Source: Octopus bimaculoides (taxonomy: Eukaryota). Taken from it: DNA of 64,000 nucleotides. The position numbers and the translations under genes were made by a program. Positions 38,118 through 52,078 of this stretch are shown here, in pieces; the first letter of the stretch is position 1, and each line of letters opens with the position of its first letter. The stretch lies in NCBI RefSeq assembly GCF_001194135.2, contig NC_068993.1, positions 53,296,258 through 53,360,257 on the forward strand, in the 5' to 3' direction. The notes beneath the pieces are model-generated. The model saw only the letters and a program-made list of their open reading frames with translations, ran no database searches and was not told the origin of the DNA.

Positions 38118-38414
38118 AACAACAAAGATGAGGACAAATATCCGTCAGATGTAAATAATGTAAATAATGATTGGTTGGTAGAAGAGATAGAATAAAGGAA
38201 GCAGGAAAGAGAGAGGGAGAGGTAAGAGAGTGAGGGAGAAACTGTTACACAAGTTATAATTAAGAGATTGAATAAGCAGTATGAGCAGCTTGATGGGGAG
38301 AGAGAGGGTGACAGAAGAGATGATCGAATGTGCTAGAATTAAAGCCTGACTGACTGCCATACTCTTAATTATATTCTATTGACAATAATGTTTTCTGTTA
38401 ATTATGAATTACAG

Positions 38415-38507
38415 GTGAAGTACCATATTACATTGTGAGAAACTCTTGGGGTAATGACTTTGGTATTGCTGGTTACCTTCACATTGCTGTTGGAAGCAAC
38501 CTTTGTG
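38415..38507 (+). CDS. CTSO: Cathepsin O-like exon 8 (VPYYIVRNSWG...GSNLC; catalytic Asn)
   Basis: ttacag acceptor and G|GTAAGA donor. RNSWG motif. GSNLCG resembles CTSO GSNVCG. Confidence 0.96.
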
Positions 38508-39447
38508 GTAAGAATTTTTGAGTTTTAACATTGATGTGTTCTACATGGAATCTGATGTATGACATTTATGTAGAGTGGAATAAACTAACTTGGGTTTAGC
38601 CATCTGTGTATCATACAGACAAGATTGTGCCGTTTTCATTTGAGATAAAATCATTTACAGATGTGCTGTATTAAAGATACAATGTATATCAGAGGGAATT
38701 GAAACATCATCCTGGCAGTGGCTTCTGAAAGCACCAGATGCATTTCAACCTTCTTAGGCTTTATGAATCATGTGTATTTGCAACCATATGCTTAGTTAAT
38801 ATCTATCACCTCCGATCCATTGGAAACAGTAAATAATACTCGCATTTTTTAGCATTGAACTGCATATTATTTTGCTCTGCCCACTTGTATATTGCGTATA
38901 TATATATATATGTAATATATATATATTTATTTGTGTGTGTGTATATATATATATATATAATGTATGCACGTAAAAAACACCATTTTGAGTGAGGCCATTG
39001 CCAGTACCGTCTGACTGGTCCTCGTGCCGGTGGCACGTAAAAGCACCCACTACACTCTCAGAGTGGTTGGTGTTAGGAAGGGCATCCAGTTGTAGAAACT
39101 CTGCCAGATCAGATTGGAGCCTGGTGCAGCCATCTGGTTCGCCGATCCTCAGTCAAATCGTCCAACCGATGTTAGCATGGAAGGCGGACGTTAAACGATG
39201 ATGATATATAATGTATATATATGTATATAATGAAAGGCAAAGTCGATCTCGGCAGCATTTAAACTCAGAATATAAATGCTGCTATGCAGTATGCCCAGCA
39301 TGCTAACAATTCCATCAGCTTTCTACCACAACACCTATCAAATAATGATGTAACATGCTGCAGTGTGAACCCAACAACCGTGAAATGTTAATGCAATGTA
39401 AAACTACGCACATCTAACAATTGATGTGTCTACACCACAATTATGTC

Positions 39448-40970
39448 CACAGATGGCCTTGCTCAGTATGTAGAAAAGGAGTAGGTAGTAACTCTATAAG
39501 ATGTACCCGGTGCAAGCTATGGACACATAAGAGGTGCAGCAACATCAAAGGCAGGTTAACTAGCAAGTTAGTTTTTGTTTGTGGCAGACGTTCAGGTGCA
39601 ATAAAGACTGTAAACAAACAGGAAACAACTTCTATCTCATTCCAGGGTGAAAAACTAGAGGTAGTCGATAGCTTCCGCTATCTGGGCGACCAAGTTAGTA
39701 GTGGGAGTGGGTGCGCTGAAAGTGTAGCTGCTAGAATAAGAATAGCCTGGGCAAAGTTTAGAGAGCTCTTACCCCTGCTGGCGACAAAGGGACTCTCATT
39801 CAGAGTANNNNNNNNNNNNNNNNNNNNNNNNNNNNNNNNNNNNNNNNNNNNNNNNNNNNNNNNNNNNNNNNNNNNNNNNNNNNNNNNNNNNNNNNNNNNN
39901 NNNNNNNNNNNNNNNNNNNNNNNNNNNNNNNNNNNNNNNNNNNNNNNNNNNNNNNNNNNNNNNNNNNNNNNNNNNNNNNNNNNNNNNNNNNNNNNNNNNN
40001 NNNNNNNNNNNNNNNNNNNNNNNNNNNNNNNNNNNNNNNNNNNNNNNNNNNNNNNNNNNNNNNNNNNNNNNNNNNNNNNNNNNNNNNNNNNNNNNNNNNN
40101 NNNNNNNNNNNNNNNNNNNNNNNNNNNNNNNNNNNNNNNNNNNNNNNNNNNNNNNNNNNNNNNNNNNNNNNNNNNNNNNNNNNNNNNNNNNNNNNNNNNN
40201 NNNNNNNNNNNNNNNNNNNNNNNNNNNNNNNNNNNNNNNNNNNNNNNNNNNNNNNNNNNNNNNNNNNNNNNNNNNNNNNNNNNNNNNNNNNNNNNNNNNN
40301 NNNNNNNNNNNNNNNNNNNNNNNNNNNNNNNNNNNNNNNNNNNNNNNNNNNNNNNNNNNNNNNNNNNNNNNNNNNNNNNNNNNNNNNNNNNNNNNNNNNN
40401 NNNNNNNNNNNNNNNNNNNNNNNNNNNNNNNNNNNNNNNNNNNNNNNNNNNNNNNNNNNNNNNNNNNNNNNNNNNNNNNNNNNNNNNNNNNNNNNNNNNN
40501 NNNNNNNNNNNNNNNNNNNNNNNNNNNNNNNNNNNNNNNNNNNNNNNNNNNNNNNNNNNNNNNNNNNNNNNNNNNNNNNNNNNNNNNNNNNNNNNNNNNN
40601 NNNNNNNNNNNNNNNNNNNNNNNNNNNNNNNNNNNNNNNNNNNNNNNNNNNNNNNNNNNNNNNNNNNNNNNNNNNNNNNNNNNNNNNNNNNNNNNNNNNN
40701 NNNNNNNNNNNNNNNNNNNNNNNNNNNNNNNNNNNACATAAAAGACACCATTTCGAGCGTGGCCGTTTTCGTGCGGGTGACACGTAAAAGCACCCACTAC
40801 ACTCTCTGAGTGGTTGGCGTTAGGAAGGGCATCCAGCTGTAGAAACTCTGCCAAATCAGATTGGAGCCTGGTGTAGCCATCTGGTTCACCAGTCCTCAGT
40901 CAAATCGTCCAATCCATGCTAGCATGGAAAGCGGACGTTAAACGATGATGATGATGACGATGATGATGAT
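39448..40970 (+). mobile_element. 5'-truncated RTE-X-like LINE (gapped) with Cys/His finger and (GAT)n tail
   Basis: WPCSVCRKGVGSNSIRCTRCKLWTHKRCS finger, EVVDSFRYLGD, RIRIAWAKFREL. 40738-40970 is the abundant tail. Confidence 0.85.
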
Positions 40971-41793
40971 GTCTAATAGCTGTGTTTATCGTGAGTTCCA
41001 TGAAATTGTCATAGTTTTTGTGCCTGTGCTACTTTGAAGTTAGAGCATGTTGTTGTTGTGTTGATAAGAGTAATGTAATTGTAGTGCATTATTTACAGGA
41101 ACAAGTAGTATAAGGCAGCGATCTGGCAGAATTATTAGCACATTGGACCAAATGCTGAGCGATATTTCTTCTGGTCCTTTATTAAGTTCAAATTCCACTG
41201 AGGTTGACTTTGCCTTTCATCCTTTTGCGATCATCATCATCATTACCATTTAACATCCATTTCCTATGCTGGCATGGGTTGGACAGTTTGACAGGAGCTG
41301 GCTAGCCAGAAGACTTCATCAGCTTTCAGTGTCTGGTTTTGGCATGGTTCTTATGGCTGGAAGCCCTTCCTGACACCAGACACCCTGGAATGTGGACTGA
41401 ATGCTTTTTACATGCCACCAGCACTGGCAAGGTCTGTTTTGGCATGGCTTTTATGGCTGGAAGCCTTTTCTAATGCTAACCACCAGTTGAGCGTGGTGGG
41501 TTGGTGTAATCAATTAATCCCTTCTCCTAATATTGTTGGCCTTGTACCGAAATCTGAAACCATTATTTATATGAATGTAATGACATTATGTTGATTATTT
41601 GAAGTGATGTGGATGTTGCTGCAAGTGTCACTGACCACTTTTTGAAGCAATGCCTTTGCTGTCATGTTTGCCATATTGTTTCTTCGGTCAGGTAGCTTGG
41701 GGGGTTTCTTCTTGATAATTTGATCATTTATACTTTTCTTCCCGTAAAAATATATTTTGTTATTACAGATTGTAATTTCCTCTTTTTACGCAG

Positions 41794-41837
41794 GTTTGGC
41801 CCAAGAAATATCAACGCTACAGATCAAAATTGTATGA
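41794..41837 (+). CDS. CTSO: Cathepsin O-like exon 9, coding part (GLAQEISTLQIKIV*)
   Basis: ctttttacgcag acceptor, TGA at 41835-41837, AATAAA at 42054-42059. Joined CDS is 1041 nt (346 aa plus stop). Confidence 0.88.
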
Positions 41838-41964
41838 ACCAAAGACAGGAGACCTGTTCCAGGACTAAAGCATATCAGTTACTGTAGTTTGACCAATATT
41901 TGGTTCTCACGAAACATAATTTTATATCATAATGATTTAAAAGTATTATCATTATTATTAGTAT

Positions 41965-42002
<38 letters not shown>

Positions 42003-44329
42003 TTAATATAATAATGATTAAACTTTTTTAATATAAACTTAAAATATAAAACGAATAAAAAAAAATCTACTTTTGTAGCTTTGTTAGAAAATCAGACTCC
42101 ATTTTCTCACAACATATCATTATGAAAACATGAACAGTATGATAGCAATAAAAATATTAAAAAAGAAAAAGATCAGCAACAATATTATAAAAGAAATAAC
42201 AAATAAATTTTGGTATTAAATGAAGTTACTCAACAGAATGGCAATTATAGCTTTCTTTTGATGCCATGATGCCATGCACCGATATTTTTATGACCAATTT
42301 CATGTCTCTTTGCAGTAAAAAATGGCTGTTTTTGTAAATTTCCAATCTTTTTTTTTTTTTGAGTCAGTTTCTCAGAATATTTAATTTTATATAATTATTT
42401 AAAAAAATCTCATCAAAGATCAAGTCTTTCTTAAATAAATATTTTAAAATGTGTGTGATGTTTTTGTGTTTTTGTTTTTTGGAGAAAATTTTTAGAATTG
42501 TTAGAAACAAAGTATAGCTTAACAGAAATTTAGTAACAAAAAGGTTAAGACAATAAGATGTGATTTGAGGAAGAATGCCTACTACTTTTAGCAGGTCAAG
42601 TGACTGTTAGAGACTTTCTTGTTAGCTTCTTCATTTACTCAACACCTGTTAATATGGCTTTGATAAGACTGATACCTCTCCACACATCATAATTCAGTGT
42701 CATGTCATCTGTGAATTCCAATGTTCTCCAATCTGACTTCGTTCCTTCTGTTTCTCATGTTTGGTCTGTTAATACTTTATCAGTGTTTCTCCAATCATTG
42801 TCCTTTTGCTCCAAGACTTGCCATTCCTATATTGACTTGCTTGGTGATTCTTTACCTGTTATATCAGTGGTTCTCAACCACTTTTTACCTATGGACCCCT
42901 TTTGATTACTATTTTACTGTGGTGGACCCCCATAGCCATTGGTGTTTAAAAACTAGTTATATACATACTTCTTTCGAAATTCCTCTTATTGTACACATGT
43001 TCACTTGTGTAGGTTTGCAACAACACTCTCTGACAGAACATGTTTCAGTGGCCAGAAACATGCTGAACTATGTAAAGCATTAGAGAAAGAAACTGGCACT
43101 GGCCACATTTGGATGGTGCTTTTTACATGCCACTGGCATGAGAACCAGTCAAGCGGACCTGGAATCTGCCACGTTTAGATGGTGCTTTTTATGTGCCACC
43201 AGCATGAGAACCAGTCAGACAAAATACCACTAAGCATTTCACCCTGTGTGCTAACATTTCTGCCAGCTCACCGCCTTTGCACATATGCATATTGTGATAG
43301 TGACGAAGTTGATAAAAATATTATAGAACAAAACCTTTGGCATTCAAAGACTTACTTTTGATTTTTTAGGTCCTGATTTAAAATGTGTCTGAATTAAATT
43401 TACCTTTCATTCTTTAAGTGCTGATAAAATTGGAATCAACCCTTATATTCACATCACATTCTACAAATAATTTAGTGTCTAATTAAGAAGTTAATTATTT
43501 AGGGTTCATATAGTTTATAATTAATATTATAATAAATCCTATGATATCATTATTTCCTCTGCCTAAGCGAAGGCGGAGGTGTTGTTTTTAAATATTACCT
43601 TGTTTGGAAGTAGGTGAGGGTTGGCGATAGGAAAGGCATCCGGCAGTAGAAAATTCCACCTCAACGAATCCCATCGAACCAATGCAAGCATAGAAAACAA
43701 ACATTAAGATGACAATGACGACGACGATGTAATGATGATGATGATGAGGAGAAGGAGGAGGATGTGAAAGTAGATATCCTTGCATGTATAACAGTATTCT
43801 GTATCCCATAATATCATTGGATATNNNNNNNNNNNNNNNNNNNNNNNNNNNNNNNNNNNNNNNNNNNNNNNNNNNNNNNNNNNNNNNNNNNNNNNNNNNN
43901 NNNNNNNNNNNNNNNNNNNNNNNNTACATATATATATGTTCAGCCACAGACCAGCCAAACGTTCTATGCACAGCATCCAGTATCACATGATATCACGGAA
44001 GATATCATATGCTATAAGCACATTATGTCACAGCAGATATCTTATGTATGCAAGTTACACCATAGCCTACGTCACATGATGTCACACATGCATCCTACAA
44101 GAACTGCCGTTTCTTTGCTATTGTGATGAGGTAAAAGAAAATCTTCTGAGATTGGGAATTTATCAGAGGTGAGACGATGGAGTCTTTTGGTATATGACAG
44201 AGGGTGGGGTGGGGTGAGGGGTGGAGAAACTGGCGTGGGGTGGGAGGATGTTAAGAGAAGGAGAAAGTGAACATGAAACAAGAGTTGCCATGGTGGTGGT
44301 AACAGTTACGGTGATGGTGGTGGTGGTGG

Positions 44330-44960
44330 TGGCGATGGTATTAGCAGTGATGGTGATGGTAGCAGTGGTGGTGGTGGTGGTGATGGGGGAGGTGGTGGAG
44401 GTGGCAGTGGCAATGGTCATGCTGTGGTGGTGGTGGTGGTGGTGATGGTGGTGATAACGGTTGTGATGGTGGAGGGGGCAACTTCTCTATTTTATGCTTG
44501 CTTTCTCCTCTTCCCTTCCTCCCACCCCACACCAGCTTCCCACCCACCACACTCTACCCCACCATCATAATGTGGTGATAATGGCTACATTAGTAGGGGT
44601 GATGGTGCTTGTGGTGATGACGATGTGCTGACGGCAGTGGTGGTAGCAATGATAGTTGCGATGACAATGATGGTGGCTGTGGTGCTGGCGGCAATAAAGT
44701 GGTCATGGTTTGTATAATAGTGATGATGATGATGATAATGACGATGACGACGACGACGATGACGAAGATGATGATGAAGATGACGAAGATGATGATGAAG
44801 ATGACGAAGATGATGATGGTGATGATGAAGATGATGATAATGATGACGATGACAACGATGATGAGGACAATGATGATGATGATGGTGCTGATGATTGCAG
44901 TTATAATAGTAGTAGTAGTAGTAGCAGTGGTGTTTGTGGTGGTGGTGGTGGTGGTGATAG
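44330..44960. repeat. Compound (GGT)/(GAT)/(GAC)/(AGT) microsatellite region; similar tracts at 53370-53580 and 58815-59160
   Basis: Low-complexity trinucleotide runs that generate the poly-D/M/I ORFs. Confidence 0.9.
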
Positions 44961-47627
44961 TAATTATTGGTTGCTGCGTTATTGTTGGTGCTGCTAAATA
45001 GATCAATACATTAGTGTTTACCACTGTCTAACCATCGATACCTCTCTCTCCCTCTCTCCCTCTCTTTCTCCCCCTCTCTCTCTCTCCCTCCCTCTCTTTC
45101 TCTCTCCCTCTCTCCCTCTCTCTCTCCCTCCCTCTCTCTCTCTCTCTCCCTCCCTCCCCCTCCCCTCCCTCTCTCTCCCCNNNNNNNNNNNNNNNNNNNN
45201 NNNNNNNNNNNNNNNNNNNNNNNNNNNNNNNNNNNNNNNNNNNNNNNNNNNNNNNNNNNNNNNNNNNNNNNNNNNNNNNNNNNNNNNNNNNNNNNNNNNN
45301 NNNNNNNNNNNNNNNNNNNNNNNNNNNNNNNNNNNNNNNNNNNNNNNNNNNNNNNNNNNNNNNNNNNNNNNNNNNNNNNNNNNNNNNNNNNNNNNNNNNN
45401 NNNNNNNNNNNNNNNNNNNNNNNNNNNNNNNNNNNNNNNNNNNNNNNNNNNNNNNNNNNNNNNNNNNNNNNNNNNNNNNNNNNNNNNNNNNNNNNNNNNN
45501 NNNNNNNNNNNNNNNNNNNNNNNNNNNNNNNNNNNNNNNNNNNNNNNNNNNNNNNNNNNNNNNNNNNNNNNNNNNNNNNNNNNNNNNNNNNNNNNNNNNN
45601 NNNNNNNNNNNNNNNNNNNNNNNNNNNNNNNNNNNNNNNNNNNNNNNNNNNNNNNNNNNNNNNNNNNNNNNNNNNNNNNNNNNNNNNNNNNNNNNNNNNN
45701 NNNNNNNNNNNNNNNNNNNNNNNNNNNNNNNNNNNNNNNNNNNNNNNNNNNNNNNNNNNNNNNNNNNNNNNNNNNNNNNNNNNNNNNNNNNNNNNNNNNN
45801 NNNNNNNNNNNNNNNNNNNNNNNNNNNNNNNNNNNNNNNNNNNNNNNNNNNNNNNNNNNNNNNNNNNNNNNNNNNNNNNNNNNNNNNNNNNNNNNNNNNN
45901 NNNNNNNNNNNNNNNNNNNNNNNNNNNNNNNNNNNNNNNNNNNNNNNNNNNNNNNNNNNNNNNNNNNNNNNNNNNNNNNNNNNNNNNNNNNNNNNNNNNN
46001 NNNNNNNNNNCCTTTTCCTCTCCCTCAGCCAGCTAACCAACCAACCAACCAGCCAGCCAGCCAGCCAGCCAACCAGCCACCCAGCCAGCCAGCCAGCCAG
46101 CCAGCCAAACCGACCAACCAGCCTCCTTCCTCTTGCTTACATCTTCTATTCACTGGAAAGTCTGTCTGCTGCTGTAACAGTCGCTATCAACTACAACAGG
46201 GTCACACACATACACACACACACACATACATACCCCCCTCCTCTCCGCTCTATATGTGGTGGCGAGGGAATTGTTTTGGTGACTAATTTTTCAAGGTTTC
46301 CGATGATTTAACACCTGAACTGAGTTCTTCCTCTTCCACAGGTGTGCAGAACCAACCGTTTTCTGCGATAGTCTGCTGCAAGACAAGGAGAAGAACAGCA
46401 GCAACAGCAGTCTGTTCGTTTGATTTTACTGTCACACGTTACTTACACACATGTATTAGACGTTACCTGTTGAATTAATTGGACTAACTTAAAAAACAGC
46501 TCCATTCTCAATTCTTGGATACTAACAGTTGCAGCAGTTGTTTTATTATGCAGCTCTGTAGAAATGCACCGAAAATAGTGATTAAATCAGACTGGTGCTT
46601 GGCTTTATAAGTTCTGGATTTTTTAATGGATTCATATGGATTATCAATATTACAAAGATCTTCCATAAAGGTTAGTAAGTTTCAAGTACTAATTGGTCTG
46701 GATTAGACTTTTACTTTTCATCTGCTGAGGACCAATTCTGGTGACATTGGAATATTTGTAAGAATTTTATTGAAATATCATACCTTGTTATTGTTTAATT
46801 TATCAGCTTGAACTAGCCTCATTCTTTCCTTTCTTTGAAAAACATCTTAAAATGCTCTACTCTGATGATTGTACAAGTCTGGTGGTTTGATCTTCAAAAT
46901 CCATTTCTGTACTTTAAGAAACTTCATACATAGTTTTTCATCTTTTAATAAAATTGATCATGTCAAAAGCAGAAATTCTTAACCAAAATAGTCAATTCTT
47001 AATATAGTTAGAACAACTATATTTAACTACATAGCTAAGCAATCTTTGAAACTCAACGAGTTTCCTTATTTTTAATGATTCTTACTGATGTCTTTTATGA
47101 TTATTTACAATAGTGCTTTCATCATCAAATGTATGATACCATTCTTGAATATTACAAGAGAAAAGTTCTAATATTAGTTGGAAATAAATGTAAATATTTT
47201 CTCTTTATTCTCTTTATTCTCACAGAAAATACTTTATTTCCAATGTTATATTTGGTAAATTTGGTGAAAATATAAAATATGCTGAAAATGCTAATTCTTG
47301 ATACAAACATTTGACTTTTGTATTGTTCTACAATGGTGCCAAAATCTAGGAATGTTCCAATAGTTCAACTTAGAATTGAACTTGGTAAACAGAATTCATT
47401 ATGTTCTGTTTATGTGTATGTGGGTGTCTTTCTATGCATTTATAAATACATATATATATATGATATATATATATATATGCACACACATACATCATTATCA
47501 TCATAATAGATATGTCTGTATGTATGTATGTATGTATGTATGTTCGTATGTATATATGTATGTATGTATGTGTGTATGTATGCATGTGTGTATGTATGTG
47601 TGGGTATGTGTAGTGTACACACATACT

Positions 47628-47670
<43 letters not shown>

Positions 47671-47884
47671 TAGTTTCAAATTTTGGCACAGCCTCAGAGT
47701 TGAGGTAAATCAATTACTTCGACCCCAGTACATGACTGGTACTTATTTTTTTTTTTGTCTACAGCAAAAGGATGAAAGGCAAAGCTGATCTCGGTGGAAT
47801 TTGAACTCAGTATGCAAAGACAAACAAAATGCCGCTAGGCATTTTGCTCAGCGTGCTAACAGCTCAGCCAGTTGGCCACCTTAC

Positions 47885-47917
<33 letters not shown>

Positions 47918-48694
47918 TTGCTACCAGGGTACATGTCACACAAACTGGAGGAGTGTCTTTTAACTCTGGTGCAAGCTGTGGTTTGAGGAGTTCATGATAT
48001 ATATATATAGGTGTATGAAAAGCACCTTGCCAAGTTAAGCCTACAGGCAAACAACAACGTTTCTCAAGCACACACACATGCATCTATATATATATATATA
48101 TNNNNNNNNNNNNNNNNNNNNNNNNNNNNNNNNNNNNNNNNNNNNNNNNNNNNNNNNNNNNNNNNNNNNNNNNNNNNNNNNNNNNNNNNNNNNNNNNNNN
48201 NNNNNNNNNNNNNNNNNNNNNNNNNNNNNNNNNNNNNNNNNNNNNNNNNNNNNNNNNNNNNNNNNNNNNNNNNNNNNNNNNNNNNNNNNNNNNNNNNNNN
48301 NNNNNNNNNNNNNNNNNNNNNNNNNNNNNNNNNNNNNNNNNNNNNNNNNNNNNNNNNNNNNNNNNNNNNNNNNNNNNNNNNNNNNNNNNNNNNNNNNNNN
48401 NNNNNNNNNNNNNNNNNNNNNNNNNNNNNNNNNNNNNNNNNNNNNNNNNNNNNNNNNNNNNNNNNNNNNNNNNNNNNNNNNNNNNNNNNNNNNNNNNNNN
48501 NNNNNNNNNNNNNNNNNNNNNNNNNNNNNNNNNNNNNNNNNNNNNNNNNNNNNNNNNNNNNNNNNNNNNNNNNNNNNNNNNNNNNNNNNNNNNNNNNNNN
48601 NNNNNNNNNNNNNNNNNNNNNNNNNNNNNNNNNNNNNNNNNNNNNNNNNNNNNNNNNNNNNNNNNNNNNNNNNNNNNNNNNNNNNNNNNNNNNN

Positions 48695-48729
<35 letters not shown>

Positions 48730-49387
48730 ACATACATTCATATATATTTACATACATACAAAGAATGAGCTCAATCCACCAGGTTATAAAAGAGTATTCA
48801 CCACTACATCACAGACATGAGTAAGTTAAGAGGATTAGAGGATTAGGGGCTGCCCAGACACTGCCGATATTTCAACTGTACAATTTACATACACTGTATA
48901 TAAATACACACACACACACACATGTATGTATATACACACCCAAGTATTATTTATGTCTTTGTTTTATGTCAGTTAATGTATATTTGAAAGGACCAGATAA
49001 AAACTATGAGCTGTTGATGTCTAGTCTAATACTTAGCCCCTATTAGGGGTCTCAATGTACTTGCATCTCTGTATACCGAGGGGGAAAAAAATGACTGTTT
49101 GGATAAAGTTGTTGAACGCATCTACTCAATATTTCCCAGTTCATATCGCACTGAAGGGTATGTTTGCTGAGCTTCTGGGACATTGCAGTTTATTTGACAT
49201 CACCTCAGTCCTCAGTTCAACAGTTCAACTCTCTGTTGAGCATGGGCACCACATACACTGGAAAAGCTAACTCTAATAGACTAATAATTGTATGTATGTA
49301 TGTATGTATGTATGTTCATATTTATGTATGTATGTGTTCATATATATATATCTATCTCTCTCTCTATCTACCTATCTACCTATCTGC

Positions 49388-49451
<64 letters not shown>

Positions 49452-50456
49452 ACATATATATATATATACAAATATATATATATATATATATATATNNNNN
49501 NNNNNNNNNNNNNNNNNNNNNNNNNNNNNNNNNNNNNNNNNNNNNNNNNNNNNNNNNNNNNNNNNNNNNNNNNNNNNNNNNNNNNNNNNNNNNNNNNNNN
49601 NNNNNNNNNNNNNNNNNNNNNNNNNNNNNNNNNNNNNNNNNNNNNNNNNNNNNNNNNNNNNNNNNNNNNNNNNNNNNNNNNNNNNNNNNNNNNNNNNNNN
49701 NNNNNNNNNNNNNNNNNNNNNNNNNNNNNNNNNNNNNNNNNNNNNNNNNNNNNNNNNNNNNNNNNNNNNNNNNNNNNNNNNNNNNNNNNNNNNNNNNNNN
49801 NNNNNNNNNNNNNNNNNNNNNNNNNNNNNNNNNNNNNNNNNNNNNNNNNNNNNNNNNNNNNNNNNNNNNNNNNNNNNNNNNNNNNNNNNNNNNNNNNNNN
49901 NNNNNNNNNNNNNNNNNNNNNNNNNNNNNNNNNNNNNNNNNNNNNNNNNNNNNNNNNNNNNNNNNNNNNNNNNNNNNNNNNNNNNNNNNNNNNNNNNNNN
50001 NNNNNNNNNNNNNNNNNNNNNNNNNNNNNNNNNNNNNNNNNNNNNNNNNNNNNNNNNNNNNNNNNNNNNNNNNNNNNNNNNNNNNNNNNNNNNNNNNNNN
50101 NNNNNNNNNNNNNNNNNNNNNNNNNNNNNNNNNNNNNNNNNNNNNNNNNNNNNNNNNNNNNNNNNNNNNNNNNNNNNNNNNNNNNNNNNNNNNNNNNNNN
50201 NNNNNNNNNNNNNNNNNNNNNNNNNNNNNNNNNNNNNNNNNNNNNNNNNNNNNNNNNNNNNNNNNNNNNNNNNNNNNNNNNNNNNNNNNNNNNNNNNNNN
50301 NNNNNNNNNNNNNNNNNNNNNNNNNNNNNNNNNNNNNNNNNNNNNNNNNNNNNNNNNNNNNNNNNNNNNNNNNNNNNNNNNNNNNNNNNNNNNNNNNNNN
50401 NNNNNNNNNNNNNNNNNNNNNNNNNNNNNNNNNNNNNNTATATATATATATGTATG

Positions 50457-50495
<39 letters not shown>

Positions 50496-52078
50496 ATATA
50501 TAATGTATGTATGCATAAAATGTGATAGTTGGCATGGATAGAATAAATACAGCCAGTCCTTTGGGTAGTAGGAAAATGGAGAGATAGAATGACAGAGATT
50601 TGAAAAGATGAACTGATGGAGAGATGAATGGGAGGAGAGATAGAAAGAGATGGAGAGATAAAGAAAAGGAGAGATGGAGAGAGAAATGAGAGACATAGAG
50701 GAAGCAAGATAAAAAGATTACAATATGGAGAGGGAGAGATGGTGAAAATGAGAGATAGTATGGTTTGTTATGGGTGGCAATATGGAAAGAAATATTATGC
50801 AACAACATCAGTGATGCTGTGTACGTGAGGTAGGAAAGGGGGATGTTTCCGGATGGTGCCAAAATCATTGTCATCTTTTATTTACAGTTGATGAAGGCAA
50901 TCTACTATAATCTATTTTCCAGTTGTTACATAATACGCACACACACACTCACACACTCAAATACAGTCATATATGCATACATACATACTTACATACTTAT
51001 ATATATATACATAGATGCATATGATATGTACATGCACACACATAACATATACATAACAAAAGGATGAAACATGTACTTACTCCACAGGGTTCATCATAAT
51101 TAGACCCAGGGAGGTATTTTTTCATCAAAACCATCCAACAAATTCTCATGTAAATGAAGAATTATTTGGGTTTATCTATCTGTTTGTCTATCTGTCTGTC
51201 TATCTATCTATTTATTTGTCTGTCTGTCCATTTATTTATATATACACATACATATATATATACATACACATACATAAACGCAAACAAACAAATTTTATAT
51301 AATTTTATATATATATATATGTGTGTGTGTCTGTGTGTGTGTATGTATATATGTATGCATGTATGTTGTGTATATATATATATATATAAAATTATATAAA
51401 ATTTNNNNNNNNNNCTGTCAGTGAGTGCTGCCTACCAACCAAAGATAGCAAAATTTCTTTCTAGTAATCCCGTTTTTGCAATATAATGATATAATCTGGT
51501 TTTAATTTGTTTTCGAATCTAATCATAAACAATGAGAAACAAGGATTAATGTCAGGCTGAAGTCATATCACATTTAGAAATGCTTTAAAGTTTCTTGGTT
51601 TAGGTTTGAGGAATACTTATCCTAGGGTTGTAAGTTCAACACATGCCAGAATGGAACATGGATGTTAAATGATGATCATGATGTTATATACATACATACA
51701 TACATACATACATACATACATACATAAACATATACATACACACATACACACACTCACATATAGGAGAAAATACTCCAGTGGGACATCCTGGGGCAGAAAG
51801 ACTGGATTTAGTAGCAGGAGTGAATTCCAGAGAGATAGTCACAATATGGCTGATGAAAGGGGAAAAGACTAGCAACTAAAAAATACTTGTGTGTGGAGAT
51901 GACATGAAAGGAGCAGAGGCTGTAATAGTAGTGTTAGAAAAGGCAGAGAGATGATACACAGCATGTCTGTAGAGCAAAAGCTTCAGTGTGTTTGAGTTTG
52001 TTGGTGAGTTTCTTTAGGTCAATGAGTTGAGTGCTCTTTTTATATATGTTTCTGTCTGTGTGTATCTGCATGCATCTA

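Larger units (their letters stand above)
37757..38170 (+). mobile_element. tRNA-headed, hammerhead-tailed SINE-like element with an inverted 5' duplication of its own tail
   Basis: A box TGGTGTAGTGG 37905-37915, GGG-CTACTAA-CCC anticodon-like arm, degenerate B box 37949-37958, (AAT)/(GAT) spacer. Arms 37788-37903 and 38043-38159 are reverse complements. Confidence 0.7.

Noticed and set aside
44590-45024. Poly-Asp/Met/Ile ORFs (also 53166-53885 and 58723-59250)
   Set aside because: Products of trinucleotide microsatellites, open in several frames, with no splice or domain support.
46338-46480. Possible exon after a strong acceptor (ttcttcctcttccacag); similar signals at 61420-61480
   Set aside because: No matching donor or recognisable protein; cannot be supported without transcript data.
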